A stretch of DNA of 20,907 nucleotides from an uncultured euryarchaeote. GTDB lineage: Archaea > Thermoplasmatota > Poseidoniia > Poseidoniales > Poseidoniaceae. Every line of letters starts with the position of its first letter. Positions within the stretch are counted from its first letter, which is position 1. Both the position numbers and the translations under genes were made by a program. The stretch spans positions 1 to 20,907 of the forward strand of contig CALBRH010000040.1 in assembly GCA_937899865.1 (NCBI GenBank), written 5' to 3'. Below the pieces are notes generated by a model. That model was given only the letters and a program-made list of their open reading frames with translations. It was not told where the DNA came from and searched no databases. Shown here piece after piece: positions 1 through 7,868 of the stretch.

Positions 1-22
1 AAAAAGAATTAACGATATCAAA

Positions 23-421
23 ATGCGAATTTCGAATGTTCCAGAAAATAATGAGCACCCCAATCAAATGAACCTGTTCGACTGCTTTAGTATTGAATAT
101 GATAAGAGTATAATTGGTCTTGGATCAAGAGCTGTTAGTAGTGAAGAAGAATATACTGAATCGCATCCAGTTAGCGCATTTCTCGACTTGCTGCCAAATG
201 AACAGGGTGATGACCCTTTACTTGCAGTAGCCTGTCAAAATCTATTGATGGTAATCGATGGAGAGTTAGCTAAAGGTAAAAATCATGCAACCTTAGAATT
301 GATTGTTATTGAATTGGATAAATCAGGTATATCGTTTGAAGAAATAGATGAAGCAATCGAGCATTTGCTAATGAGTGGAGCAATCATTGAAGTTGAAGAT
401 GATTGTTTCATTACAATCTAA
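23..421 (+). CDS. Hypothetical protein with a probable C-terminal winged-helix (RPA2-C-like)
   Basis: 132-aa ORF. The C-terminus GISFEEIDEAIEHLLMSGAIIEVEDDCF matches the helix-G-x-I-beta-wing pattern of wHTH domains. The N-terminus is acidic and low-complexity. Confidence 0.6.
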   Translation: MRISNVPENNEHPNQMNLFDCFSIEYDKSIIGLGSRAVSSEEEYTESHPVSAFLDLLPNEQGDDPLLAVACQNLLMVIDGELAKGKNHATLELIVIELDKSGISFEEIDEAIEHLLMSGAIIEVEDDCFITI

Positions 422-434
422 GCGAGGCTTTGAC

Positions 435-746
435 ATGACCTTGACCAAAAAACAGGCTGCTCAACTGTGTATTGATGCAATAAACTCTGAAAACAAACTA
501 AAACAAAAGGTCATTCTTGTAATTGTAAACATTATTTTAATTTCTGCAGTTATAACTTATCTTACTTCATGGTATTTTGGCCTAGCATGTTTATTGGTTT
601 GTGGACTATTAGGTCAATTTGCCCATGAGAGAATGGATAATTCAATTCAGGCAAGAAAATTATTAGCAATAAAATCGTTAAATTGGCAAGAATCTGAATT
701 AGAAAATCCTGATTTGTTGGCAAAATTGACTAAAATTATTGGTTAA
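435..746 (+). CDS. Small hypothetical membrane protein (2 TM)
   Basis: Hydrophobic hairpin VILVIVNIILISAVITYL / WYFGLACLLVCGLLG. Start moved from 375 to ATG 435 (GAGG upstream), which removes the overlap with the previous gene. Confidence 0.7.
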   Translation: MTLTKKQAAQLCIDAINSENKLKQKVILVIVNIILISAVITYLTSWYFGLACLLVCGLLGQFAHERMDNSIQARKLLAIKSLNWQESELENPDLLAKLTKIIG

Positions 747-754
747 GTGAAAAA

Positions 755-1411
755 ATGGATTACAGCCTTGAGATTTCAAAGTTAGAGTCGCATGCTAAAA
801 TTGTGAAAATTTTAGCGAAAATTGCGATTTTGAGTATCTCGTCCACTATTATTGTACTATTGTTTGGATTTATTATACCTGATCCTGCTATTTTTCTTTC
901 GATAGTTATCATACCTATAGCGATGGTTGTTTCCAATAATTTGATCGAAAAATATTACGATACTAAAATTGAATATACACTAAATGAATTACTTTCTCAT
1001 GATAATTATCAAGAGATTGAGCAAACCAACCGAGATAAGGAAAAAAAATCCAACTATTCCAATTCTGAGCATCTCCGAATCAGAGGAAGTGATGAGAAGG
1101 GGCCTGCTTTTGGGAAAAATAGTAAGGATTTCTCAACTCACGGAAAGCGTATTGATGCAATGGAAAATCGAGATTATGATGAAATTGAGAATGTCAATAC
1201 AAAAGGTGAAAGAATGCTGAGAGACGCTGACAAACTTCAATCTGAAGCTGCTGCAAAACAATGGGAAAAATCACAGTTAAAAGATCAAGATTTAATTGAA
1301 GCTGGTGTTGACAATCTTGGTGATTTAATAAAAACTGGTTGGTTTGAAAAAAATCAGCAAGATGGTGCAGTTAAACAGTTGTATGATAATAATGAAGGAA
1401 ACCAAATATAG
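755..1411 (+). CDS. Hypothetical membrane protein (2 N-terminal TM, soluble C-terminal region)
   Basis: 218-aa ORF 8 bp after the previous stop. Two hydrophobic segments at about aa 18-62, followed by a charged tail. Confidence 0.75.
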   Translation: MDYSLEISKLESHAKIVKILAKIAILSISSTIIVLLFGFIIPDPAIFLSIVIIPIAMVVSNNLIEKYYDTKIEYTLNELLSHDNYQEIEQTNRDKEKKSNYSNSEHLRIRGSDEKGPAFGKNSKDFSTHGKRIDAMENRDYDEIENVNTKGERMLRDADKLQSEAAAKQWEKSQLKDQDLIEAGVDNLGDLIKTGWFEKNQQDGAVKQLYDNNEGNQI

Positions 1412-1432
1412 GACTCCCACTTAGAGCAAGTT

Positions 1433-2182
1433 ATGAAGGTAAAGGCAATCTTGGTGGCTGGCGGTCACGGAAGTAGGTTGTATCCATTTACCAACATTAC
1501 TCAAAAAACGCTTTTACCAATATATAATCGGCCCGTAATCGATTATGCTTTAGGAACAATTAGACGTGCTGGAATAACAAATATTACAATAATTTCAAAC
1601 CAATTCATCGGCCAAATCGCTAAACATGTCGGTTCTGGATTAGATGGGGAAACAATTCACTATGTTCTTGAAGAAACGCCTGAAGGAGTTGCAAAAGCAC
1701 TTAACTTAGCAAGGCCACATAATGAAAATTGTCGCTTACTGATATATTTCTCAGATAATATTACCACAATAGAATTAGAAGAAAATGTCAAGAAATTCAC
1801 GGACCATAGTTCAAACCCTGGTTGCATATTATTGTCAAGAGATGAAGAAAGCCCTCATGCTTTTGGAGTGGCGCAATTTGATGATGATGGAAATATTATC
1901 GATATTATTGAAAAACCTGAAAATCCGCCTTCAAATATTGCTATAGGTGGTATTTATCTGTTTGACGAACAATTTTGGACTCTAATTGATGAATGTCAAA
2001 ATGAATATGGGGATGATTTTTCAATTACAGATGTCAACAGAAAATATGTCCAAAAAGGCCAAGCAGAATTATTGAATATTGGTAAGGAAACTTGGATAGA
2101 TTGTGGTACACCTGATTCACTACTTGCTGCTTCAATCATGGCAAAGGATGGAAAGTTAAATCCAAATCCATTCAAAAATTAA
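1433..2182 (+). CDS. Sugar-phosphate nucleotidyltransferase, glucose-1-phosphate thymidylyltransferase (RmlA/RfbA)-like
   Basis: Motifs [37 protein letters not shown] and WIDCGT. The nucleotide and sugar specificity cannot be fixed from motifs. Confidence 0.9.
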   Translation: MKVKAILVAGGHGSRLYPFTNITQKTLLPIYNRPVIDYALGTIRRAGITNITIISNQFIGQIAKHVGSGLDGETIHYVLEETPEGVAKALNLARPHNENCRLLIYFSDNITTIELEENVKKFTDHSSNPGCILLSRDEESPHAFGVAQFDDDGNIIDIIEKPENPPSNIAIGGIYLFDEQFWTLIDECQNEYGDDFSITDVNRKYVQKGQAELLNIGKETWIDCGTPDSLLAASIMAKDGKLNPNPFKN

Positions 2183-2219
2183 CAATAAAAAATACATTCC
2201 ACACAATAATGGTGAACAT

Positions 2220-3044
2220 ATGAAAATCGGAATTATCGGTGCAGGAATGGTTGGCGGTGCTATTGAGCACTGCTTCAAACATGCCCATGAATTATTTGTA
2301 CACGACCCCTCTAGAGGCACTAAACTTAGTGATGTCATTGACAATGTTAACTTCGCATACATTGCTGTGCCAACTCCTCCTCATCCTGAACATGGAGGCT
2401 GCGACACTAGAATTGTTGAAGAGATTTTAGATTCTCTACCTGATGGTTTTACTGCTGTGATAAAAAGCACGGTTATTCCCGGCACTACCGAAGCATTTCA
2501 TCAGCGATATTCGCACCTAAAAATAGCATATTCACCAGAATTTTTAGTTGAGCGAAGAAGATTGGAAGATTTTGCTAACCAAGATATACTCGTTTGTGGC
2601 ACTCACCATGAAGATGTTGCTCAACTAGTTTTCAAGCAACATCAAGAAGCAGGAGTATTACGCAATGAGAACTTGTTCCATTTGACGCCAACTCAAGCTG
2701 AATTGGTAAAATATACCAAAAATACATTTTATGCCATGAAGGTTGTTTTTGCTAATCAAATGTATGATATCTGTCAAGCACTTGATGAAGATTGGTATAA
2801 GATTCAGGAAGTGATTACTACTCCGCAAGAGCAACCGATTGGAGACTCGCATCTTGATCCTATTTTTGGCTTGAATCGAGGTTTTGGCGGTAAGTGTTTA
2901 CCTAAAGATTCACAAGCATTAGCTATACTTGCAGAATCTTTATCTTGCAAATATGAATTATTAGAGGCAATTCAAAATGACAATGAAAAATTACGAACAA
3001 TTCCTACTGGTAAGCCTAGTGACGTTATTACCAATGATGACTAA
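2220..3044 (+). CDS. UDP-glucose/GDP-mannose dehydrogenase family protein, short two-domain form
   Basis: GAGMVG Rossmann motif, [26 protein letters not shown] (catalytic Lys), [10 protein letters not shown] (catalytic Cys). SD GGTGA at 2211-2215. Confidence 0.9.
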   Translation: MKIGIIGAGMVGGAIEHCFKHAHELFVHDPSRGTKLSDVIDNVNFAYIAVPTPPHPEHGGCDTRIVEEILDSLPDGFTAVIKSTVIPGTTEAFHQRYSHLKIAYSPEFLVERRRLEDFANQDILVCGTHHEDVAQLVFKQHQEAGVLRNENLFHLTPTQAELVKYTKNTFYAMKVVFANQMYDICQALDEDWYKIQEVITTPQEQPIGDSHLDPIFGLNRGFGGKCLPKDSQALAILAESLSCKYELLEAIQNDNEKLRTIPTGKPSDVITNDD

Positions 3045-3063
3045 TGGTCCAAGTGGTGATTGA

Positions 3064-3480
3064 GTGGACAAAATATTGGTTTCTCAACTCGCTCCAAGAG
3101 GCACAATTAGGCGCTTCGCATCAGCAGGAGCAATTAACACACTATTATTTTGGATATTTTGGGAAGTGTTACGTCTTTCTCCTGCTCTAGAGTTATTATC
3201 TGAAACTGGCGTATGGGCTGCTGCATGGGTGATTTCATGTACAATTGCCCACTTTACTCATCGATACTTTACGTTTGATGGAAGAAAGGATATCAAAACC
3301 ACAATGCTTGGTGCATTTGCAGTTTACGCCGTAGGTGGAATATTATCAACACTTTCTTATGAGTATCTAGTTTCAAATTTAGATTTATTTATTCGTATGA
3401 TTTTTGTCATCAACATGCTGATTTGGGGATTGTTTACTTGGGCAAGTATGCGATGGTTTGTCTTTGAATACGATGATTGA
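3064..3480 (+). CDS. GtrA-family small membrane protein
   Basis: 138 aa with about 4 TM. RFASAGAINTL and HRYFTF match GtrA patterns. GTG start with SD GGTGAT at 3055-3060. Confidence 0.75.
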   Translation: MDKILVSQLAPRGTIRRFASAGAINTLLFWIFWEVLRLSPALELLSETGVWAAAWVISCTIAHFTHRYFTFDGRKDIKTTMLGAFAVYAVGGILSTLSYEYLVSNLDLFIRMIFVINMLIWGLFTWASMRWFVFEYDD

Positions 3481-3520
3481 CTCGGCAAATTATAACCTTA
3501 CTCAAAATCGAATTATTCAA

Positions 3521-3527
3521 TTATATT
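3521..3527 (+). promoter_or_regulatory. Putative TATA box for the TerB-like pair
   Basis: TTATATT in the AT-rich intergenic gap, about 28 nt before ATG 3549 and 47 nt before ATG 3568. Confidence 0.4.
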
Positions 3528-3567
3528 CATGCGAGAAGTTATTGGCTAATGAGTGACACGGACTACC

Positions 3568-3999
3568 ATGCTGCCCGACACAATTCACAAGTTATCACGT
3601 GAAGAAAGATTCTCTTATGCTAGATTATTGGCATTCATTGCTAGAATTGATAATGAACTTACTGTGGACGAAATGGCTATGTTTGAGCAACGTCTTGGTA
3701 CTGCCTTATTATCTCCTAATCAACGTGAATTGATCCGCCAAGCCCTGAAAGCACCTCCTCCACTGGATGAATGCTTAGCAGGATTGAGCGATGAAGCTGG
3801 CCGTCTAGCATTAAGAGATGCTGTTTTGATGGCTGCTGCTGATGGTACTGTCGATGATGATGAAAAAGAAGTTTTAACTGAAATTATCGCTCATCTCGGA
3901 TTGCCTGATGGGGCTTTAGAACGATTATTGAAGTGGACTGTTGAAGGATATAATTGGATGCAATCAGGCTATGACATTTTGAATGATCTAGCGGAGTGA
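3568..3999 (+). CDS. TerB-like (tellurite resistance B fold) protein, copy 1
   Basis: Two acidic repeat motifs, IDNELTVDE and ADGTVDDDE, in an all-helical protein. Start uncertain: GTG 3553 or ATG 3568; 3568 aligns with the paralog. Confidence 0.8.
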   Translation: MLPDTIHKLSREERFSYARLLAFIARIDNELTVDEMAMFEQRLGTALLSPNQRELIRQALKAPPPLDECLAGLSDEAGRLALRDAVLMAAADGTVDDDEKEVLTEIIAHLGLPDGALERLLKWTVEGYNWMQSGYDILNDLAE

Positions 4000-4424
4000 A
4001 ACCTTTGTTTCCAGATATGGTTAATGAATTGACCATTGAAGAGCGATTAGCTCATGCACAACTAATGGTTACAGTTGCTTCTATTGATGGAGAATTGGTT
4101 CAAGAAGAACTGATAATGATTGAAGCAATAATGGGCAAGTCTATGCTTCATCCCGAAATGAGAGTTGATGTTAGAAATACTCTAACTCATCCTATCGAAA
4201 TAGAAAAATGCATGGAAATTTTATCTGAAGTCGGTCAACAATTAGCATTAAGAGATGCTGTTTTAGTCTCAGCCTGTGATGGAGATTATGATAAAAAAGA
4301 AATTCGAGCAATTAAAAAAATAGCAAAAATTGCTGGAATCAAAACAGAAAAGATCTCTCAGATTTATCAGTGGGTGGAAGAGTATTGGGAAGTCTACAAT
4401 AGCTCCGCAACTTTTTTTCAATAA
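3996..4424 (+). CDS. TerB-like protein, copy 2
   Basis: Motifs IDGELVQEE and CDGDYDKKE. Aligns without gaps to copy 1. The GTG start overlaps the upstream TGA (GTGA, 3996-3999). Confidence 0.8.
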   Translation: MKPLFPDMVNELTIEERLAHAQLMVTVASIDGELVQEELIMIEAIMGKSMLHPEMRVDVRNTLTHPIEIEKCMEILSEVGQQLALRDAVLVSACDGDYDKKEIRAIKKIAKIAGIKTEKISQIYQWVEEYWEVYNSSATFFQ

Positions 4425-4579
4425 ATTGCTATTTTCCCTTAATGTGGTAATTTTGTTTGCATTTTAGGCATTTTTGGGCGGTTTTTTACTCTATTACAAA
4501 TCCATTCTCTCATCCTAGGGTAACACGATTATTTATTACTGATAAGTGACTCGATGACAAAAGAGCCTCGGTGAAATAG

Positions 4580-5161
4580 ATGGGAATTCATCCAAAGATT
4601 GGGATTACTGGACTGCCAAGAAGTGGTAAATCCGCTGTTATGGAAAAGGTCCTACAAATGCTAGTCGAAGAAAGAACTCATGAAATCAAACTCCGAGGAA
4701 ACCTCAGTGACAAGCCAATTATCGCTGGTATGCGAACTGAGCCAATAATCGAAGGTGGAGAAAGATTAGGCTACAAAGTAATAGATCTCATCACTGGAGA
4801 GGAGGGAGTTATTGCTCACAAAGAATTTGATTCAAGGCTTCGAGTTTTGGGCTATGGATTAGATTTAGAAGCCCTGGAACGGGTCGCTATTCCAGCAATT
4901 GAATATGCCAAGAATGAGAGCGAAGTATTGGTGATTGATGAAATTGGTAAATTCACTGTCGAAAGTGAAATGTTCGTGAATTGTGTTAGAGGTGCTTTGG
5001 AAATTGATAAGCCAACTTTATTGACTCTGCATAAGAAGAGTAGACACCCTCTATTACAAGATATTAGACGAAGAGATGATGGTAGGATCCTAGAAGTTAC
5101 TCCTGTCAATCGTGCATTACTGCCTTATAAGATTCACAAATTGATGCGAGAAACCTATTGA
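4580..5161 (+). CDS. Nucleoside-triphosphatase, THEP1/NTPase_1 family
   Basis: Walker A ITGLPRSGKS, Walker B LVIDEIGK. SD GGTGA at 4570-4574, TATA-like TTTATTA at 4532-4538. Confidence 0.9.
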   Translation: MGIHPKIGITGLPRSGKSAVMEKVLQMLVEERTHEIKLRGNLSDKPIIAGMRTEPIIEGGERLGYKVIDLITGEEGVIAHKEFDSRLRVLGYGLDLEALERVAIPAIEYAKNESEVLVIDEIGKFTVESEMFVNCVRGALEIDKPTLLTLHKKSRHPLLQDIRRRDDGRILEVTPVNRALLPYKIHKLMRETY

Positions 5162-5202
5162 TAGCCGTTTAATTCATCACTTGGATACTGCTGGGCGATA
5201 AC

Positions 5203-5547
5203 ATGGACCAGCCAAGTAAGGCAGCAAACCGAATCCTGCTTGGAACGGGTTTTGGGTTGATACTTATTTGTGGCTTTGCCATAATTGAAGAGAGAATGGT
5301 AGTAACTGAAATTGGATTCGGCCACCTATTTTTGTTAATTGGCATAATTTGCTTAATGATGGCAAAACTGTTGAGTTATGAAACCTCATTTCTTTCAACT
5401 CTTTTCCCCAATGAAACCGTAGCAGAACTCAAACAAAGAGTTGACCAAGACATAAATCAGCTTAGCCATGAAAACCGAGTCGGTAACGCTTGGGCAGAGT
5501 TAGAAAGTAAGGTTTTGACTGATGAAATCGATTCAGAACAAGAGTAA
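5203..5547 (+). CDS. Hypothetical membrane protein (2 TM)
   Basis: 114 aa with two hydrophobic helices, then an acidic tail ending DSEQE. Confidence 0.75.
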   Translation: MDQPSKAANRILLGTGFGLILICGFAIIEERMVVTEIGFGHLFLLIGIICLMMAKLLSYETSFLSTLFPNETVAELKQRVDQDINQLSHENRVGNAWAELESKVLTDEIDSEQE

Positions 5548-5601
5548 TTCCGTTGCGAATATTCAAGAATCTTCTATCTCTCCACGACATAAGGCGATAT
5601 T

Positions 5602-5985
5602 ATGAGTGAGGTCCCAGAAGGTTTGTACTATACTAAAGAACACGAATGGCTTAGAGTTGAAGGTAACACGGTAACTATCGGGATTACTGACCATGCGCAG
5701 AATGCACTAACCGATATCGTATACATTGAACTCCCTGAAACCGGCATGGTCGTTGAAGACATGGGAGAATTTGCTGTTGTTGAATCGGTAAAATCTGCAT
5801 CACCTATTTTCGCCCCTCTTGCTGGTGAGATAACTGAAGTCAATGAAGAGTTAGAAGATGCTCCAGAACTAATGAATACCAGTCCTTATGGTGATGGTTG
5901 GATAATTAAGATGACAGTAAATAACCCGGAACAAATTTCCAGCCTAATGGACTCTGCCGCATATAAAACTGAAATTGGCGAGTGA
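5602..5985 (+). CDS. gcvH: Glycine cleavage system H protein
   Basis: YYTKEHEW, GITDHAQ, lipoyl-lysine motif VVESVKSAS, and NTSPYGDGW. Confidence 0.97.
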   Translation: MSEVPEGLYYTKEHEWLRVEGNTVTIGITDHAQNALTDIVYIELPETGMVVEDMGEFAVVESVKSASPIFAPLAGEITEVNEELEDAPELMNTSPYGDGWIIKMTVNNPEQISSLMDSAAYKTEIGE

Positions 5986-6533
5986 GAGTTTTGTCTTCCA
6001 GCGATGGTCATATCGCATTGTACATAGATGGCTCTTGCTTAGAAAATCAAAATGTCACCGCAGAGACTCCTGCAGCATGGGGAATGGCAATTGTTGTCGG
6101 GGATAATGGCCTTGGCAAGGGAAGTGGCGAAATTCTTGAAGAATCTTGGGGATTTGTAATTTGTAATCATGACGATAATGAATTCCTTGGCGCTGAAGTC
6201 GGTTCAAATAATACCGCAGAATTAACCGCATTTGCAATGGCATTACGTTGGCTGATAATCGATGGAAGCGAACAAGATGCGATAATATACACCGATTCTC
6301 AATATGCTGGAAATTTAGCTACAGGCCTATGGCGAGCAAAAGCCAACAAAAATTTGGTCAAAACTGTGCAAAGCCTATGGAAAGAAGTGAGTGAAATTCG
6401 AAACCTACAATGGAGTCATGTAAGAGCACATCGAGGACATAGGTGGAATGAGAGAGCAGATCACCTTGCCAATCGTTGCGTAAGTAATCAATTGCCCATA
6501 CCGCTATCTTTTTGGAAGCCTGGACAGCGTTAA
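5982..6533 (+). CDS. rnhA: Ribonuclease HI (type 1 RNase H)
   Basis: DEDD set: YIDGSC, SNNTAEL, IYTDSQY, and HVRAHRGHRWNERAD. The GTG start overlaps the gcvH TGA. Confidence 0.9.
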   Translation: MRVLSSSDGHIALYIDGSCLENQNVTAETPAAWGMAIVVGDNGLGKGSGEILEESWGFVICNHDDNEFLGAEVGSNNTAELTAFAMALRWLIIDGSEQDAIIYTDSQYAGNLATGLWRAKANKNLVKTVQSLWKEVSEIRNLQWSHVRAHRGHRWNERADHLANRCVSNQLPIPLSFWKPGQR

Positions 6534-7393
6534 TCCAGTCTTTGTTTAAGCCACTCTTGAAGATCTTCTGAATAATCTAAATTACGTAGTCCATAGTCAA
6601 TTTGGGCCTTTAACCAAGATAGGGGGTTGCCAGAATCATACCATTGATAATCACTCAAATCAACTGCAATCAATCCATTTCCATTCATCCAATGCTTCTG
6701 TAATTCAATGGTTTGGAAATCGCCAAACTCACTTACTGGATAAGTTGAAGTTAGCAGATCTTTGCTATCTTTGGTGAAAATATATCTGCCGCACAGTACT
6801 TTATTTGAAGGTGCATTTTCAATTGCAGGCTTTTCGATAATTTGTGATATCTTATCGCCATTTAATTCTATGACTCCATAGTTACTTACCTCACTTTCAG
6901 GTACTGAATATATTGCTGCACAAGGTAAACCTGTTTTATTGAAAGCAGAAACTAATCTACTTGAAGCATTAGATGCTTGAAAATTTTGGACGCTTGAGAA
7001 ATTATCTGTGATTATATTATCTCCAAGTAACACAAGATAGGGCCCCTGTATATGATCTAAAGACTGCAAAATTGCATTCCCTAATCCAAGTGGTTCATAT
7101 TGAGTATGAATGAAGAATTTTATCGACTCGTCTAAGCAAAATAGAGATTCACTAATCTCTGGTCTTAAAGAATGATACTCTTGCTTATCTTCCAAGAAGG
7201 TGGAAAAATCTTTTTTTGGAGAAGTGATGATGTGAATCCTTGTTACATTTGCACTTACAGCTTCTCTTACCAAATGAATGAATGCTGGAATATCTACCAG
7301 CGGTAGTGACTCTTTTGGAAGATAAGCGCTGGTTGGCAACATTCTACTTCCAAGACCTGCAGCAACGATTACCGCATCCTTAACGACTGTCAT
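6530..7393 (-). CDS. UTP--glucose-1-phosphate uridylyltransferase (GalU)-like nucleotidyltransferase
   Basis: AVIVAAGLGSRMLP, PKESLPL, EPLGLGNAI, LLGDN, YGVI, IIEKP, GRYIF, WYDSG. Start set at ATG 7393 rather than 7426. Confidence 0.85.
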   Translation of the reverse strand: MTVVKDAVIVAAGLGSRMLPTSAYLPKESLPLVDIPAFIHLVREAVSANVTRIHIITSPKKDFSTFLEDKQEYHSLRPEISESLFCLDESIKFFIHTQYEPLGLGNAILQSLDHIQGPYLVLLGDNIITDNFSSVQNFQASNASSRLVSAFNKTGLPCAAIYSVPESEVSNYGVIELNGDKISQIIEKPAIENAPSNKVLCGRYIFTKDSKDLLTSTYPVSEFGDFQTIELQKHWMNGNGLIAVDLSDYQWYDSGNPLSWLKAQIDYGLRNLDYSEDLQEWLKQRLD

Positions 7394-7445
7394 TATGAAT
7401 CCCAAAGGGTACAACCTTTCAAGCATAACCCATCATGGCATACCA

Positions 7446-7868
7446 ATGGCAACAGTTCCTGAGTGGCGATGGATTTCTATCGCGGGTGTAATAATGGTGC
7501 TTCAATCACTATTAGACATTGCACCCGAAGGGCCTTGGGATGCTCGTTCCTTTACTAGAGGAGTGATTGGATTAAGTGGGCTATGTTGCTTGTATGTAGG
7601 TTGGTTTCGCTTTACCTTCAAGCAACCCGGCATCATTCCCTCAATAAATCGGTGGCAGAATCCAGAAAAAAGTTGGAAATTGGTGGTTTTTTTCGCATTG
7701 GTTTGTTTTTTGTTAGTATATATTATCAACAACACCGACTTGAAAGAACTTCTTCCTGAAACCTCTGGCATGATTATTCTGCTAATTGGTTGTCTTGCAA
7801 TGATGAATGGAGTCTATGTGGGATTAGTTGTATCTGGGCCTCTAAATGAGGATTTGGAGCAGGAATAA
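7446..7868 (+). CDS. Hypothetical membrane protein (about 4 TM)
   Basis: Four hydrophobic segments, ending DLEQE. Start set at ATG 7446, leaving a 52-bp divergent promoter gap; ATG 7395 would leave only 1 bp. Confidence 0.75.
   Translation: MATVPEWRWISIAGVIMVLQSLLDIAPEGPWDARSFTRGVIGLSGLCCLYVGWFRFTFKQPGIIPSINRWQNPEKSWKLVVFFALVCFLLVYIINNTDLKELLPETSGMIILLIGCLAMMNGVYVGLVVSGPLNEDLEQE

Noticed and set aside
375-434. N-terminal extension of the 375-746 ORF
   Set aside because: It overlaps the wH-coding end of the upstream gene. ATG 435 has a GAGG site and gives a clean 13-bp gap.
1041-1048. A8 run (and G7 at about 10514-10520) as phase-variation or frameshift sites
   Set aside because: The reading frames are intact across them and such runs are expected at this composition.
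984-1220. Alternative-frame ORF (78 aa), and similar same-strand shadows at 2239, 6055, 11232, 13157 and 17297
   Set aside because: Wholly or largely nested in better-supported genes, with no recognisable motifs.
3568-4424. Calling the TerB pair a tellurite-resistance operon
   Set aside because: No terA/C/D/Z neighbours; the fold alone does not imply that function.
4545-4575. CUC-GAU-GA...GA-G as a K-loop or box C/D-like element in the NTPase leader
   Set aside because: Only one canonical-stem pair forms; no convincing structure.
7391-7397. Back-to-back start codons CAT-T-ATG implying a 1-bp divergent gap
   Set aside because: ATG 7446 is the more plausible start for the plus-strand gene, leaving 52 bp for promoters.
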